A DNA stretch of 63,791 nt, counting the filler, from Collodictyon triciliatum (taxonomy: Eukaryota), in the NCBI GenBank assembly GCA_043381765.1. It is 17 parts of 17 records of this genome, joined end to end, with 100 filler letters (N's around TTAATTAATTAA, not from the genome) between each part and the next. Parts side by side here need not be neighbours in the genome. Positions count along the whole stretch, not along the records: positions 45,159 to 48,807 come from JBHJMP010007042.1; positions 48,908 to 52,555 come from JBHJMP010007043.1; positions 52,656 to 56,303 come from JBHJMP010007044.1; positions 56,404 to 60,047 come from JBHJMP010007047.1; positions 60,148 to 63,791 come from JBHJMP010007048.1; 12 more parts are not named here. One strand, written 5' to 3'. This document shows, in pieces, positions 45,732 through 60,162 of this stretch. Position numbers and translations under genes: made by a program. Within the stretch, counting starts at the first letter, position 1. Each line of letters starts with the position of its first letter. Under the pieces are notes generated by a model that worked only from the letters and a program-made list of their open reading frames with translations, was not told the DNA's origin and searched no databases.

Positions 45732-48546
45732 ATGTTTACAAAAAAGTCTCGTAAGAAGCGTTTCTCTTTGCTTCTCTTGCAAGAGGACGAATACTATTTC
45801 GACGACGTCAGCGCGTACTATTATCCTCCGGCTGAAAACGATCATGAATCTAACATAAAGTATTTACTTGCCTATTATTTCATCCATTTATTTATTCATT
45901 TATTTAATTATATGTTTTACTTGATTTATTTACTAATTGACCCAAATTACCGCGCTTTCGGTCACGTAGGAAATCGAAAGGCCGCTTGAAAATATGCTCT
46001 GTTTCTCTTATTTTCGTACCTGAGGAAGCGCCGCTGCCAATTATGCGCTTTCCTTTGAATAATATTACTCTGCTATCCGAGTGGGTTCCTCCTTTGAAAA
46101 GCCCACTGGCAGGTGTGAAAGACGTGTTTATGATTGCGACAAAATTACTCGTTACGATGAAGGAAAACTATGTGAACGCCCCTTACACATTCCATAAATT
46201 CGAGGTAATAAAATACCTTATCAGAAAAAATATTAGTAAAAGTAATTATCTTGAACAGTGTTATTTTTTTTTTATTATTATCGACAGTTTATCAACATAG
46301 GATGATTTATTTATGAATGTATCTAATTCACTTTTGCGCGGCAGAATCCAACTGTACATCGCTTCTCCTTGAATTTTACCTCTATTCTTTCATTCTATAC
46401 TCGAGTGGAGCATTTGTACCGCATCAATTCTCTCGATGTGAGGGTTAGGGATAGAGAGTTAAAAGCCATCATCGATGAATACGAAAAGTATAAATATGAT
46501 TAATTACATTATTTTTTGACATCGTTTGAAGCTAATTTTTCAAAGAATAGTTGAAGTCCCTACCATCCATTCATGACGAAACCACCAATTATTTTCGATA
46601 TTCTTCACAAGCTATCAAAATTCTGCAGGAGTGTATCTTTTGATCTGAGTTGGATGGAAACTTTTGACGAATCTACTATAATCGAGACCAGAGGTATCTT
46701 AAGATTATTTGAGTGAAGACAACGCTTCACAAAGCCATGAAATACAAAAAAAAATATCCATAGATGATATTTACTAATCAGTTTTTTTTTAAAAAAAATT
46801 ACACATTTTAAGCTGTCAGAGTGAAGCCTCTTGTGCACCATCCAGGTCGATATATCCTTACAAACATGATGATGTACTTTCAGCCATTTTCGAAGGTCTC
46901 ATCAAAACCTGTGAAGAAATACAGACTGAAGTACCTCATTTTCGTATCGCTATTAGATTAATTTTGATAAAAATTTAAATCTGTGTCATCAGATAAATTA
47001 TCCTTCAAAATTAAAATCCGTTATTACATTGGAAGAAAGTGCTAAGTTTCTTTCATTGCAGAAAAATACAACGTCTTATCAAGAGAAGGCACATGCAACG
47101 TCATGTAGGGCTTGAGTTTTTCATGGAGGGAAATGTCTCATTTCTCTTGTCATTTGAAAATACGAAGATTAGAGACCGCATTTACGACGCCATTGTGTCG
47201 CTCCCAGGTTCTTGGCATATACGACTATATTCTATATTCCAAAATGAGAGTGAGAAAATTCTTTTTACTCACTATAGTTTTAGAACCTAAAAATGATTAA
47301 TTTTGATTCTAGAGCTTGAACATCTTCAAGCGAACGACCAATCTAACATGCTTCTCAAATGGGTGAACGGACTCGTGTCCAACTACGAATATTTGATTTA
47401 TTTGAACAGTTGCGCCGACCGTACATACAACGACCTTACGCAGTAATACTCTTCTTTTTATTTATCATGGATTTGAGACGCTATATTTTCGTTTTTATCC
47501 AACACTGATAATTTTAATGCATAAATCATTCAATTATGTTCGAAAAATCAAGTAAAAACACTCATCTTATACATTTTGATATGGATAATTATTCACATTT
47601 TATCGCGTTGAATACTTTTCACTTTATTTTACAATACTTTGTATTTTATTTCATTACGTTTTATTTGGATGAAAACAAATGAAATTACGCCAGATATCCT
47701 GTGTTTCCTTGGGTCGTGGCAGATTATGAGAGTTCTAATCTAGGTAATTGATTTGTAATGTCCTTAATTTTTTATACGTCCCCATAATGGAATTAAAATT
47801 AGGATACTCCTCTTGAATTACAATCAACTTACTTGAACATATGCTGATGTGACACCAAAAATATATCATTACATATTTACTTGTTTTCCTTTCCTTTTTT
47901 TTCTTCGCATTATACTGCAACGCTATTCTGGCTATTTGCTTGAATCGCAGATTTAACCAAGGAGTCCACATTTCGTGATTTATCCAAACCGATTGGTGCG
48001 TTAGAGCCAACTCGGCTGCAAATGTTCCAGGTTTAATATTATTGCCTCTAATATTCATTAAACATTCCTTTATTTTGTTTATTTACATAATTAAGACAAA
48101 ACTATCTTGTTATTTCGAATATGTCATGAAATTAACTAGAATTATTCACTTAGACCCGGTACAAGGAGATGCCCGAATCAGAGCCTCGCTTCCTTTATGG
48201 CTCTCACTACTCCACACCAGGCTACGTTCTTTATTACTTAGTCCGTAGAGGTAAGTTAATTATATGTTTGCAGCTTCAAATGCTATCCACCACAATACTG
48301 CTTTCAATTTTCGGGTTCATATATATATGGACATTTCATCTGAATAATTCAATTATTTGCACAAATGAAGTACACTTTCTGTATACCATAATGAATAGTC
48401 ACAGCTATAGTAATAGTAATACATATACAGCACCAGAGTACATGCTTCGTCTACAAAATGGGCGTTTCGACGCACCAGATCGTCTATTCGATAGCGTCGC
48501 TGAAGCTTGGAGAAGTGTGCTCACGAATACGTCTGATGTTAAAGAA
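45732..48546 (+). CDS. NSMAF: Protein FAN (GRAM/PH-BEACH), multi-exon, 3' partial
   Basis: RFSLLLLQEDEYYF and GRLKICSVSLIFVP match the FAN N-terminus. BEACH motifs: SNYEYLIYLN..ADRTYNDLTQYPVFPWV, RDLSKPIGAL, YGSHYSTPGYV and LQNGRFDAPDRLF. Confidence 0.9.
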
Positions 48547-48920
48547 GTAAACTTTGCATCGCATGAGAAAAAAATCTCAGTTTTTTTTACTATTTAATGT
48601 ATATGAAATAAACAAAATCTGACAAAATCAGTTTATATTTCTTTACTTTTCTATTATTTTCCTTTTCTTTTCTTTTCTTTTCTTTTCTTTTCTTTTCTTT
48701 TCTTTTCTTTTCTTTTCTTTTCCTTTCTTTTCCTTTCTTTTCCTTTCTTTTCCTTTCTTTTCCTTTCTTTTCCTTTCTTTTCCTTTCTTTTCCTTTCTTT
48801 TCCTTTCNNNNNNNNNNNNNNNNNNNNNNNNNNNNNNNNNNNNNNNNNNNNTTAATTAATTAANNNNNNNNNNNNNNNNNNNNNNNNNNNNNNNNNNNNN
48901 NNNNNNNAAAAAAAATAAAA

Positions 48921-48981
<61 letters not shown>

Positions 48982-49071
48982 CAAAAAAAGGAAAAATAAA
49001 AAAAGGAAAAATAAATTAAGAAAGCAAGAGAAAAAGATATAAAAAGGTATTAAAAAAAAAGTAAAATTTAC

Positions 49072-52000
49072 CCAGTCATGCAACGCTACACAAAATGCCC
49101 GAATAAACATTGGTTGTTTGAAATGCTGTCCAAGCCGATGCTGCAAAGGGCCTGTGTTTCCAGAAAAGGCGTCTTGAATCCAGCTATATATCAAATCATA
49201 CAACTCTTTGTGGCTGCTGGCTCCAGTGTAAAATCTAGAGATACTGCTTGGAGATGTAAGTCGTGGGGTAGGGACTATTCTAGCGACATAAAGAGACAAT
49301 AATTCTTGTACAGCTGGCATTTGTAACAAAATATTGCAATATATTCTCGTAAAATGTGACCCCAAAACAGAATATATGCGCTTCACGTAGTACTTAAAAA
49401 GGGGTCTGATACAATTAGACGGACAGCTTCTAAATATAGAGAGGAATGTTTCTACGTGAACAGAGGACATAGTTCGTTTCGCCTGGTACTCGTCAGCCAT
49501 GCAGCGGCTTACATAATCTATCGCTGCTTTCAAGACTCCTATATGTTCGTAACTGCCTTCAAGCATGGAACTCGAAATGAGTTTTAAGGTGGAGAATATA
49601 CCGCTTATGCTTTTCATATGCTCGTTGGCAGATAAAGATGCGTAATCCTGACATGTTTCAGTGTAAAGAGTTAGTCCAGAATTTGAGCCTCTCATATTTT
49701 CGATTTTCTTAGAGAACAAGTGGCGTGGTGACTGCGATGTCACCCACAGTCCATTCGCTTGAGAAATAATTCTTCTCAGAATAAAATATCTGGTGGCTGG
49801 TGAGAAATGGAATGGGATGCCTGCATCCTCAGATTTACCAAAAAGAATGATAGGGACAATATCTGTGACCATAATATTTGAAATGCTTTCATTTCTTTCT
49901 ATGTACTCGACGATGATGTCGCGAAGAAAGTACTCATTCTTTAAACTTATCGCTTGTGCATGAGCTTTATCTTTGTTTGGAGATTGATATAAATAGTGAA
50001 TATGACAAACGAATGAAATCAGAAGTCTCCATATTTCCTCGACATTGAGACTTGAGGAGTGCGAATACGTCAATTTGATACTATCCAGCAAATCTCTGAC
50101 CAAACTTGCATCGTTTTCTATGCCTTTGAAGTATATCATGGCCTTGTTTTTTATAAAAAGTAGGTTCATAAAAATTCGATTTTTCTGAAACTGTGGAGAT
50201 TGCAGGAGATGCATAGTCAAATGCTGTTTGGATTCTTCCTGTAGACATCCCATAGTTCCTGATCTCAACTTGAGTAGGAAAGACCACACTGATTCGAGTT
50301 GTTCGCATACTTGCTCGCTCATTTCTGGGTAAAGTAAAAAGCGCTCAACAATTAATTGAATTAAATTTGACAAAAACACGTCTACATGATCTGAAGATGA
50401 AGTTTGCATAGCAATTGACAGAGACAAACAGTCAGGGGTAGACAATTGCGATATGAGCAAGCTAATGTTATGCAATTCCTTTCTGAGAATCCACCAAGCG
50501 ACGTGCACACTTGGGAGGTAAATTTTAAACTTGGATTCAGTGATAAATTTCTTCATTAGTTCCACGAGAACAGTCAGTGTAGTTTGTTTACTTTCGCTAG
50601 AACCATGACTGGAGTAAATGTCCATCATAGAAACCATATCCGGGATATATTTTGATAGCAAAATTCCTGATTCATCCATTAATTTAGAGAATAGAAAGGG
50701 GAAAGCCATTCTCGCAAGTCCCTCTAAACTGTTCATTATCTTTAGAGTGCTTTCTATTGAATCAAAAGTTGGAGCGAGCTCTAGGTAGTACGATTCAATC
50801 ACTTCTACGATGATAGAGCTGAATGGGAAACTTACAGAAGAACCCACAAAAATTTGGCGTCGAGGCAGTGACGCCACATAGTTTATACTCTTGTATCCAG
50901 TTGGATCGGGTCTCCAAATAGGGTCATGTTTTAAAAATTGCATCCAAACATTGTATAAGGCTTCGTCTTCGATGCCATCAAACCATGGGTTTAGAACTAA
51001 CAGATTTTCGTGACAATAAATAATGTCAATTAGTGCAGAGAGCTCAGTTGCGATTTGTTCAATAATTTTCGAAAAAATAGCATTCCTTAAAGTCTGATGC
51101 TTCTCAAGAAGCCTCATGTTACTAGAATCAGAAGATGTCCACAAAACTCTCTCTTTGGAGCTTTCTTGCTTTCTTTCCACCATTTGGATAAGCCGTTGAG
51201 TAAGCGCCAATCGAAATTCCTTGTGTTTTTGGAACAGTTCCTTAAATCTAGATATCTGTTTAGCAGGTGTTGCTGATACACGGAATGAAAAAGGAAGAGC
51301 GTAGAGATAATTAAGCTCAATTTGTCTGTCAATTTGGATAACTGATTGGTCGTTAAGTGCCTGTGACAAGGTGCGGAACAGCAATTGATGTATATTCGGC
51401 ATCTTTTCTACGCTGGCAGGTAGTATAGAATCAAGATAGACATGATGCCATACCTTTCCATACGTACGAACAAACTTTGCGTCTAAACTAGAATGTTTTG
51501 ATTGGCTAGTAGTCCTCTGCCTTCCAATTTGAATCTTTCGATTGGAAGAATTGATAATTACAATATGCTTCCCAGGGGCCATCATTAAATCATCATCCTG
51601 GACCAGGAGGTATTGGAAATGATCAAATCGCTCTGCTGGACAGTAGGAGACTTGACATAAAATTACTAACAAGGATTCGACCGCAATAGATTTGAATCTA
51701 TCGATTGTTGATCTAATATTTGATTCTTCTGTCTGAAGTCCTAAATCACAGTATAGCGTTTCCATGGAGAAAGCTTTTTGCAAAAGGTCGCATATGATTG
51801 GCAGCCTTATATCTATTGTATGTGTCCAAACTACTAATCTCATAGCTTGCTGTGAGAGTTCTTCCTTGCTATTCATCATTTTGCTTGTGTAGTCGTTGAT
51901 GAATTCGAAAAGATCCTCATGTGACTGTTTTTCAAAGTAAGTCTTCTGAAGTGGTATCCCTCCGAAAGTCTTTGACAGTAAGAGAGGCAGATAAAAAGGG

Positions 52001-52397
52001 TATGTTAACTAGTGTTCTTTCCTCTTTTTTTTTCTTATTTATTTTTTATGGAATAAAATTATACTGTGTATCTTTATAAAGAAAAAATTGCATTATGAGA
52101 TCGATGAAAGCATATTTGATTTTCTGTATTAAGAAAAGATAAATCAAGTGATTAATACATCAATATATCAATATATTCGATAAGTAAAAAGAACCGAAGA
52201 TGAAGGGAAGCTTAGAATCCATTCAGGCTTGGATATCCATAGTATTTGATGAATGATGTCATGCTTCAACTGTGTTTCGTTCGATTCTAGATCATCGCAC
52301 ATTATAGCTATTAATGAGAAAATGTCTTCATGGTACCCAGCCATAGCTTCATCAGGAGTCCAATCTAGCCTTTTAAGACAGTCAATAAACCACTCCT
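49072..52397 (-). CDS. RNF213 (mysterin)-like giant AAA+/E3 ligase, internal fragment (post-AAA into E3 region)
   Basis: Exon 52397-52197 reads AMAGYHEDIFS...ILWISKPE; next comes YFEKQSHEDL; the 1007-aa ORF contains WHHVYLDSI, TLRNAIFSKIIEQIATELSALIDIIYCHENLLVL and FPFSSII. These occur in the same order as remembered RNF213 motifs (FIGYHSD, YFHRQRH, WQSVHIDDL, TFRHTLW...IDRDGNLELL, VPFSW). Confidence 0.7.
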
Positions 52398-52449
52398 AAT
52401 TTATCAGTAAGAAATGAATGATTAAAATTGTATCGTGAAAGAAGAGAAG

Positions 52450-52555
52450 ACAAGATAAGACAAGACAAGACAAGACAAGACAAGACAAGACAAGACAAGA
52501 CAAGACAAGACAAGACAAGACAAGACAAGACAAGACAAGACAAGACAAGACAAGA
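52450..52555. repeat. (GACAA)n microsatellite
   Basis: Directly visible. Confidence 0.95.
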
Positions 52556-52668
52556 NNNNNNNNNNNNNNNNNNNNNNNNNNNNNNNNNNNNNNNNNNNNT
52601 TAATTAATTAANNNNNNNNNNNNNNNNNNNNNNNNNNNNNNNNNNNNNNNNNNNNACAAAAAAAAAAA

Positions 52669-52747
<79 letters not shown>

Positions 52748-52789
52748 CCCCTACCCGGTCATTTTTGCGCTAGACTCCCAGACGCCACC

Positions 52790-55127
52790 ATGGAAGTTTC
52801 TATGGTAGAGGCAACGGCTGCCCCTTCAGAGACCCCGGTTCGCCGAGCAGCTTGGAAGAACATCAACAAGGAAGAGTGAGTAGTTTACACCGCTCTGTCA
52901 CAAATTAATCAGTCATAGATGCCATCCAGCTTTTCTCTGTGCACAATTCTACCACAGTTTTTTTTTTTTTTCGTCGAGCACCCACATATTATAAACAATG
53001 CACTAATTGTGCCCGATCGATGTAATTTACTTATCTTGTTCGCCATCGAAAGGGTTGTCTATCGCTTAGCAAACTTTCTGCATCCCTCCTCCAAGGCAAA
53101 GCTCGCTTGGGACATGTCCATCTTTTTTTTGATTGTGGGTGTCTTAGATGGAAGACTATACTTGAATTTTTGTTTATCAATATCATGCAATTCCATCACA
53201 CGGCATTTTATCTGTTGTAGATTTATACGACGATTTCGATTCCTTTTCATTTCGCCTTCCGTCATACACAATACGGTTCTTTTAATAATATTTTTCTTTG
53301 GCATTTTGATCCAGATGTTGAATGGGTCAATTTGATATAACAATATGTAGTCCTTGATTTCTTGTTTTTTGCATGACACATACCCCCCTTCACAACAGCA
53401 AAGGATTCAATCTTTTTGGACTATTTTATCGATGTAATATTCGTCGTGGATATTATTCTACGGTTTTATGCACCGCAGCAGATCGATGAGGTATTATTCT
53501 TTCACATCCACCATATATTTGACCCACTTTGTCGGAATAGAGTTCTCTCTAGAAGTTATTTGTGACTAATTCATACACAGGTTGTGAAATATGACCAAAA
53601 GGCCGTGGCCAAGCGCTACATCGGTGGATGGTTTAAGCTAGATTTCGCTGCTCAATTTCCCTATGACTTGCTTGCAATATACTTTGGACGGGAATCTCTT
53701 GTTTATCTCCGTATTCCGCGAGTTCTTCGCGTAAGATATCCATTTTATTAATAATATGCAACTCATATACCATTTCTTTCATGTGCACAATTTGTAATAT
53801 TGTACATTCAGGCGGCTCATCTGCCCTATTATGTCGAAAAATGGGAGATGGGGTTAAAAAAAATGGGGACATATTTTCGCATTTGGATGATATTTGCTAC
53901 GCTGGTAATTATTTCACATTGGACAGCTTGTCTTTGGTGGCTGGTTGGGCACTATGGAAATGTAATGGTTATTTCTTTTGGCTAGTTTCATATAAACAAA
54001 ACAAGAAATCACTCCTTCCTTTTGATTTTTTTGCTTTCATTTCATGTTCACTTTAATTCCCTTTTTGTTTGGGTGACTGTATTATTCATTCATTTATCTT
54101 TGTTATCGCTACAGAATAAATCTTGGATTCACTCCAAAAATTTGGAAGATGAGCCACCCATCAACCAGTATACCGCCTCCCTTTACTGGAGTGTTACTGT
54201 ACTTACAACTATTGGATATGGAGATATAGTAGCAAAAAACAACTTTGAAAAAATATTTTCAGTTGCGACTATGCTAACTGGCGCAATATTTTATGGCAAG
54301 TTTATCCCAACTTCAAAATATAATCGAGATGGGTTTCTTATTTTTTTTTTTATTTTTTTATTCTTCCTTTCAATTTTGTGCAGGATGGTGGAGATGTTGG
54401 CTCTTATATTTATTATCTTTTGCTGGTCAATATTCAGCTAATATGGTCTTGCTATAATTGTATATAGGGCTTCTATCTGGTAATATTGCATCAGTACTCT
54501 CTGTTCTGGACGCTGAGAGTGCTCGTCTTATTCAGAATGTGGCAAAACTTCAGCGGTACATGAATTATCACAAACTTCCAAAGGACATGCGATCTAGAAT
54601 CCAGAAATATTTTGACATAACCTGGAGCAAAGAGAAAGTACATTTGAAACAAATCATCTTTTCATTTATCTATATTTCATCCAATGTAGCCCTCATTTTG
54701 TAATTATTGTCTTTTTATATATTATTTACCCTTCTCGGCCCCATTTCGTATTGTAGGGACTGAATGAGCAAGAGATCTTATCTGACCTCCCAACCGCACT
54801 TCGCTCAGAAGTAGCTGTGTATATCAACAGAGACATTGTGAACAAGGTATCATATTCATGTTTTGACTTATATCTCTTTGTCTTGAAAGTAACTTTAAAC
54901 TTACGAAATCATATCAGGAGAAAATAAATGGTTGGGCATTCACAATCTTTTACTAGGTTTCTTTCTTCCACATGCTGGAAAACACCGGATTTATTAATTC
55001 GCTCGTTCTTAATTTGAAACCACAAATTGCTCTTCCAGGAGAAATCATCGTTCGGGAGGTAAACCTGCACCATGGACTGAAAATGTTGAAATACCAATCA
55101 CTTGATTTTATAGAACGTAGTCTTCAT

Positions 55128-55182
<55 letters not shown>

Positions 55183-56107
55183 TTTTGTCAAATTAAGTAT
55201 ATTGTTGATTTCTATGTAGGGCGATCAACCAAGCGAAATGTTTTTTCTCAACCGGGGCTCAGTTGAAGTCCTAATCAACGGACAATCGATTTGTATTCTG
55301 CGTGACGGTTCATACTTTGGAGAAGTGTCGCTTATTTTTCAGGTGAATTCATTGTCATTTTATAGAATATTCTCTTTTGAAAAGAAGAACACATAACTGG
55401 GACAGTCCTGACTATGACTCCCTTGATATTCAATTAAAATAGATAAAAATTAAAAAAAAATGAAGTAAATTTTAAAGGGAATTAAAAATAGGAACGAAGA
55501 ACAGCTACAGTCAAAGCACTTGAGCATTGTGAACTCATGATTTTGACCAAAGATGACTTTGAAAACTCCATGAATTATTTTCCCGAATTTCGACACATGA
55601 TAAAAGCTATTGCAAAGGTTCTTGGACATGCTTTCAGTTGCTAAAATTATGAATATTTTTTCACATTAACATCGTTTTAATATTCGCATAAGTGGTGGAA
55701 TGGAAAAGAAGTCTTATTCATCAGCATTATGACGTATGTAATTTAGGAAAGAAAGCAAATCAAAACATTTCATTCCGATGCAGACATTATAGGAAATCAT
55801 ATGAAAAAGTCTGAAAGTGGTATGTCTGGCTTCCGCTATCTTTATTATTTCATGCAATCATTTAATTGTCTGGGCCTGGTGTATCTAAATTTAAAACTTA
55901 CAATCAACAGCCGATATGAAGTCAGAAGATCAAGATAAGTATGTCATGTAATTTAGATTTCACAATGGAAAAGTCTGCATCCATGTGTATATTATTTAAT
56001 TTTTGCACGTCATATCAGAAAATTTTCAGCTCTTGAACTGTATCGTCAACAGAGGCGGAGAAGTATTACATTAGCACAGAACTTACGAGGTGTGCGGTCT
56101 AACAAAG
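52790..56107 (+). CDS. Cyclic-nucleotide-binding-domain K+ channel (KCNH/HCN/CNG superfamily), multi-exon, 3' partial
   Basis: GCCACCATGG start context; FLHPSSKAKLAWD; RYIGGWFKLDFAAQFPYD; pore YWSVTVLTTIGYGD; C-linker ILSDLPTALRSEV; CNBD GSYFGEVSL...RRTATVKA. Confidence 0.9.
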
Positions 56108-56551
56108 GTATTTTCTGGTTTATCTGTGGCATAAATGATCAATTCATCTGGTGTGTCATTTGTTTATTTCGGTTCATATAATCGTTGTTGTTTTTTTTTT
56201 GTTTTTTTTTTTTGTTGTTTTTGTTGTTTTTGTTGTTTTATTGTTTTATTGTTTTATTGTTTTATTGTTTTATTGTTTTATTGTTTTATTGTTTTATTGT
56301 TTTNNNNNNNNNNNNNNNNNNNNNNNNNNNNNNNNNNNNNNNNNNNNTTAATTAATTAANNNNNNNNNNNNNNNNNNNNNNNNNNNNNNNNNNNNNNNNN
56401 NNNAGAAATAGAAATAGAAATAGAAATAGAAATAGAAATAGAAATAGAAATAGAAATAGAAATAGAAATAGAAATAGAAATAGAAATAGAAAAAGAAAAA
56501 GAAAATAAAGAAAACGCTTCAAATCTCAGCCGGAGATTTTAGTGACGCACC

Positions 56552-59500
56552 ACTTATAGCATAACCGTATGTCGGTCCACACGCAATGAATGATATTGAC
56601 CCATCAAACCCTTCGATTAATGTAGGTATTAACACACTATCATCTGCCGTATATCCCAAGAAATATTCATCTCTGCCGCAGGAATACACCATCCCGTCGT
56701 CTATATCACGAGATGACATTAGTAAGATAAAACAATAGTCAATAAAACTATAATCTAAATAATTTGGTCTACAATCAACGATGTGTTACATCGTGCAGCT
56801 TCTTACCAGTCAAAAACAAAGTGAATTCGACTCCACACGCCACTTGCTTCACCTTCATTCCCTCAAAAAATGCAACTCTACACGGAGTTTCTTGATCTTC
56901 AAAATCACCATGGCCTAGTTTACCAAACCCTCCCTTTCCCCAAGAATACACGTGACCTTCATCTATTATTAAAGAAAAAAGTATCGGGCGAGCTTATCAA
57001 AATGCGCTAGGTGATGTTACAGTCAGGAAGAATGCATATGCACATACCGCATCGAAACATGTTAATTTATCTCTTAAATAACCTTTAAAGGATTTGATGT
57101 CTATTTAGATAATATTAAGTATATGCCAACATCAAGATTCGTATTAATTTATTTACAATCTGAGAGGTTTTTGCATTGGTTCTCCAGTCTTACATGGTTT
57201 AAAAACAGTTTTTTTTTGTTTTAAAAAATAGTGTAACCTGTCAAGGCGACGACGTGGTCCTTTCCGCACGACACGTTAACTATTTTGATTCCGGCCAATG
57301 CAATTACAGGCAGGGGTCTAGGGGTCCTGAAATTGAATCCGTGGCCACACGCTATTCCCTCTCCCCATGTAAGCAGGATTCCGTCCTCTGATAATAAAAA
57401 AGAAAAAAATAACAACATAAACATACAGTGGATGTGAGACATAAGGAAAAGATGACTATCTCTCCTTCCCTCGGTGCTTAAAATTCTTTTATCGTACAAA
57501 GATGAAACAGCTTGATATATCAAACTCATGCCGGTGATTGCGGCATTTGTCTTCTCCCCAAACGATGCCATTCTGTAGTACGATGTCAATGCCTCGACTC
57601 GAGGAATGTTTTGGCCTCTACCCCAGAGTTGTAAAACTCCGTGCTCTGGTGTCTTGAAGGAGTCCTCCGAATTAACACAAATAGTTTCGTTTGTTTGTGA
57701 ACTAGCTGCAGGGAATAGAAGTATGGAATTTTTTTTAAAAAAATAATTGTTTGGCGCAGAAGATGCATGTTCTATTAGATATAATACGATTTATACAGTG
57801 AAACAACAATTAATATGTGGTACATAAATCTGTTTGTGAAATATTGGCGAGAAAAAAATACCAGTTGAATCACAATTCTTGTGGCTTTTATTCGTAACCA
57901 TTTCAAAAAGTATTCAGAAGGAAATCGTGTTGGTATTCAGGATATGCCCAAATTACATTTCAGATAAAAAAAATATACATTTCATAATTAAGAAATGAAA
58001 TACTAACAAACTGGCAGATAATTCTGGGATATCGACGCTAGGGATATCGCTCATGTATGAAGACAGCATGGAATGACAGCATATATCGTTAATGTGCGGT
58101 CGATCATCAGGCTTTTTAATGAGCATTTTTTCCAGAATACCCCATAACTCTGACGAGATCGACGTTATAGGGCGTGGTGGTTCTCTCATGATTCTACGAA
58201 CAAGTAATGGCATGTTCTACATAGGAATTTATTTTCATGTAAATTTGACGATACCTCAACCTAATTTTAATTTTAAGTGCTAATATAATTCTCGTGACAT
58301 GCCTCGGCTTTGAATGCGTATTGCAAAGAGCAAATCTCATAAGCGATGCATCCGACAGCCCAAACATCACATTTTTCGTTATAAGTGGTTTTATTAGGGA
58401 TAAAAAAAAATAGGCCTCCTTGGTAATATATTTTCATTATAAATGATTTTAAGCGAATAAAAGAAAATCCTGGGTGGTAAAGGATATGGTTTCCATGAGC
58501 AAACTTCTGGAGCAAGGTAATATGGAGTGCCGACAACCTATCAATGAACACTGTTATATCATAAATGCGTACAATCGCTTAATATTGGTATTTTCAATCA
58601 GATAATTAATAAAATTTTGTACAGTTTTAGTAAAGTGTTCCTCTGATGTTAGTTTTTTTGCCAGACCGAAGTCACCAATTTTAATAATATGATTCGAGGT
58701 GCTCAAAAAAATATTCTGTGGCTATTAGTTAAGGTAAGAGCGATGAACATTAGATACGTGAACAAAGAAAATATATTGTGTATGATTATTATTATTATTT
58801 AAAAAAATAAGAAAAGCATGTTAGCTACTAGAGGGGAAAAGATTTTTTTAAATAAAAGAAATAGTTAATTAATATAGATATGAAAGAGAACTTTCAAATC
58901 ACGATGAAGGACATAATTTGAGTGCATATATTGAACCCCGGAAGCTATTTGCGAGAGCCAAGAGAGGATTCTCTGGTTCATTTCGGATTAATTTTTCTTA
59001 GAAGTTGAATATTTGTATATTTTTCTTGGGAAATATTACTGCGTTCAAAATATTGAATGATTGAGCGCATCGCGAAATTCTGATAAATGAGAAAATAATA
59101 ATGAAAAAATAATAAATAGGTCTAAAGGAGTAAAATAGGACCTGTTCAGAAAAAGGTTCTGCAGTTTTCTTTCTCTCTTCTATTCGGTCAAAGAGAGTTC
59201 CCGCTACATGATTACATATTTAAGAAAAATTTCTGTCAGGCATCTCAAATTTAACAGGATGCGAAAACTATGGAGAGCCAGCATATTATAATTATTGTTA
59301 TCATTTTGGTAAATTGTAGTAAACGCGATAAAATAGTTAATGTATTTGTATTTTTAATTATATTCAAAAATTAGTGAGTCACTATGAGAAAACAGTACCG
59401 TCACAATACTCCATTGATATGCAAAGGTTTTTTTCTCCGGATTGAGAATCTAGTCCTTCAAACGATTCAATAAAACCTGTGATGTAAGGATGTTTTAATT

Positions 59501-59857
59501 CTTGCAGAAGGGAGACCTATGCAGATACAAATGATCCATATTAAAAAGGTTAGAATAAGTCAAATTCGAAATCTTTGATAGAAGACCACTCGGTATTGAA
59601 AAAAAGACAAAGCTATCACCAAGGGTTCTTGGATTGTAAACATCAACAGAATGCATAACAAATATATCAGAAATTAATGACTATTTATTCATAACCAGAA
59701 AATCAATTCAAGGACCTATTTTAAAGATATTGATAAATGACAGCTTGACCAAACAAATACATACCTCCTTCTTTATAGATTCAATCTCCTTCTCGGACGC
59801 CCCAGAGAAAGGAATCTTCTTGATAACTACGTGGTATCCAGAACGCTTGTATTTTGC
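56552..59857 (-). CDS. NIMA-related kinase with RCC1 repeats (NEK8/NEK9-like), multi-exon, partial
   Basis: VVIKKIP, HPYITGFIESF, LHRDLK, IKIGDFGLAK, IGTPYYLAPE and CDVWAVGCIAYEIC, followed by RCC1 repeats (VSCGKDHVVALT, GKGGFGKLGHGD, VACGVEFTLFLT). Confidence 0.88.
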
Positions 59858-59862
59858 CTGTG

Positions 59863-59956
59863 ATTATTATTATTATTATTATTATTATTATGATTATTAT
59901 GATTATTATGATTATTATGATTATTATGATTATGATTATTATGATTATGATTATTA

Positions 59957-60047
<91 letters not shown>
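59863..60047. repeat. (TAT/GAT)n microsatellite
   Basis: Directly visible. Confidence 0.95.
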
Positions 60048-60162
60048 NNNNNNNNNNNNNNNNNNNNNNNNNNNNNNNNNNNNNNNNNNNNTTAATTAAT
60101 TAANNNNNNNNNNNNNNNNNNNNNNNNNNNNNNNNNNNNNNNNNNNNCGTTTGTCCTTCGGG

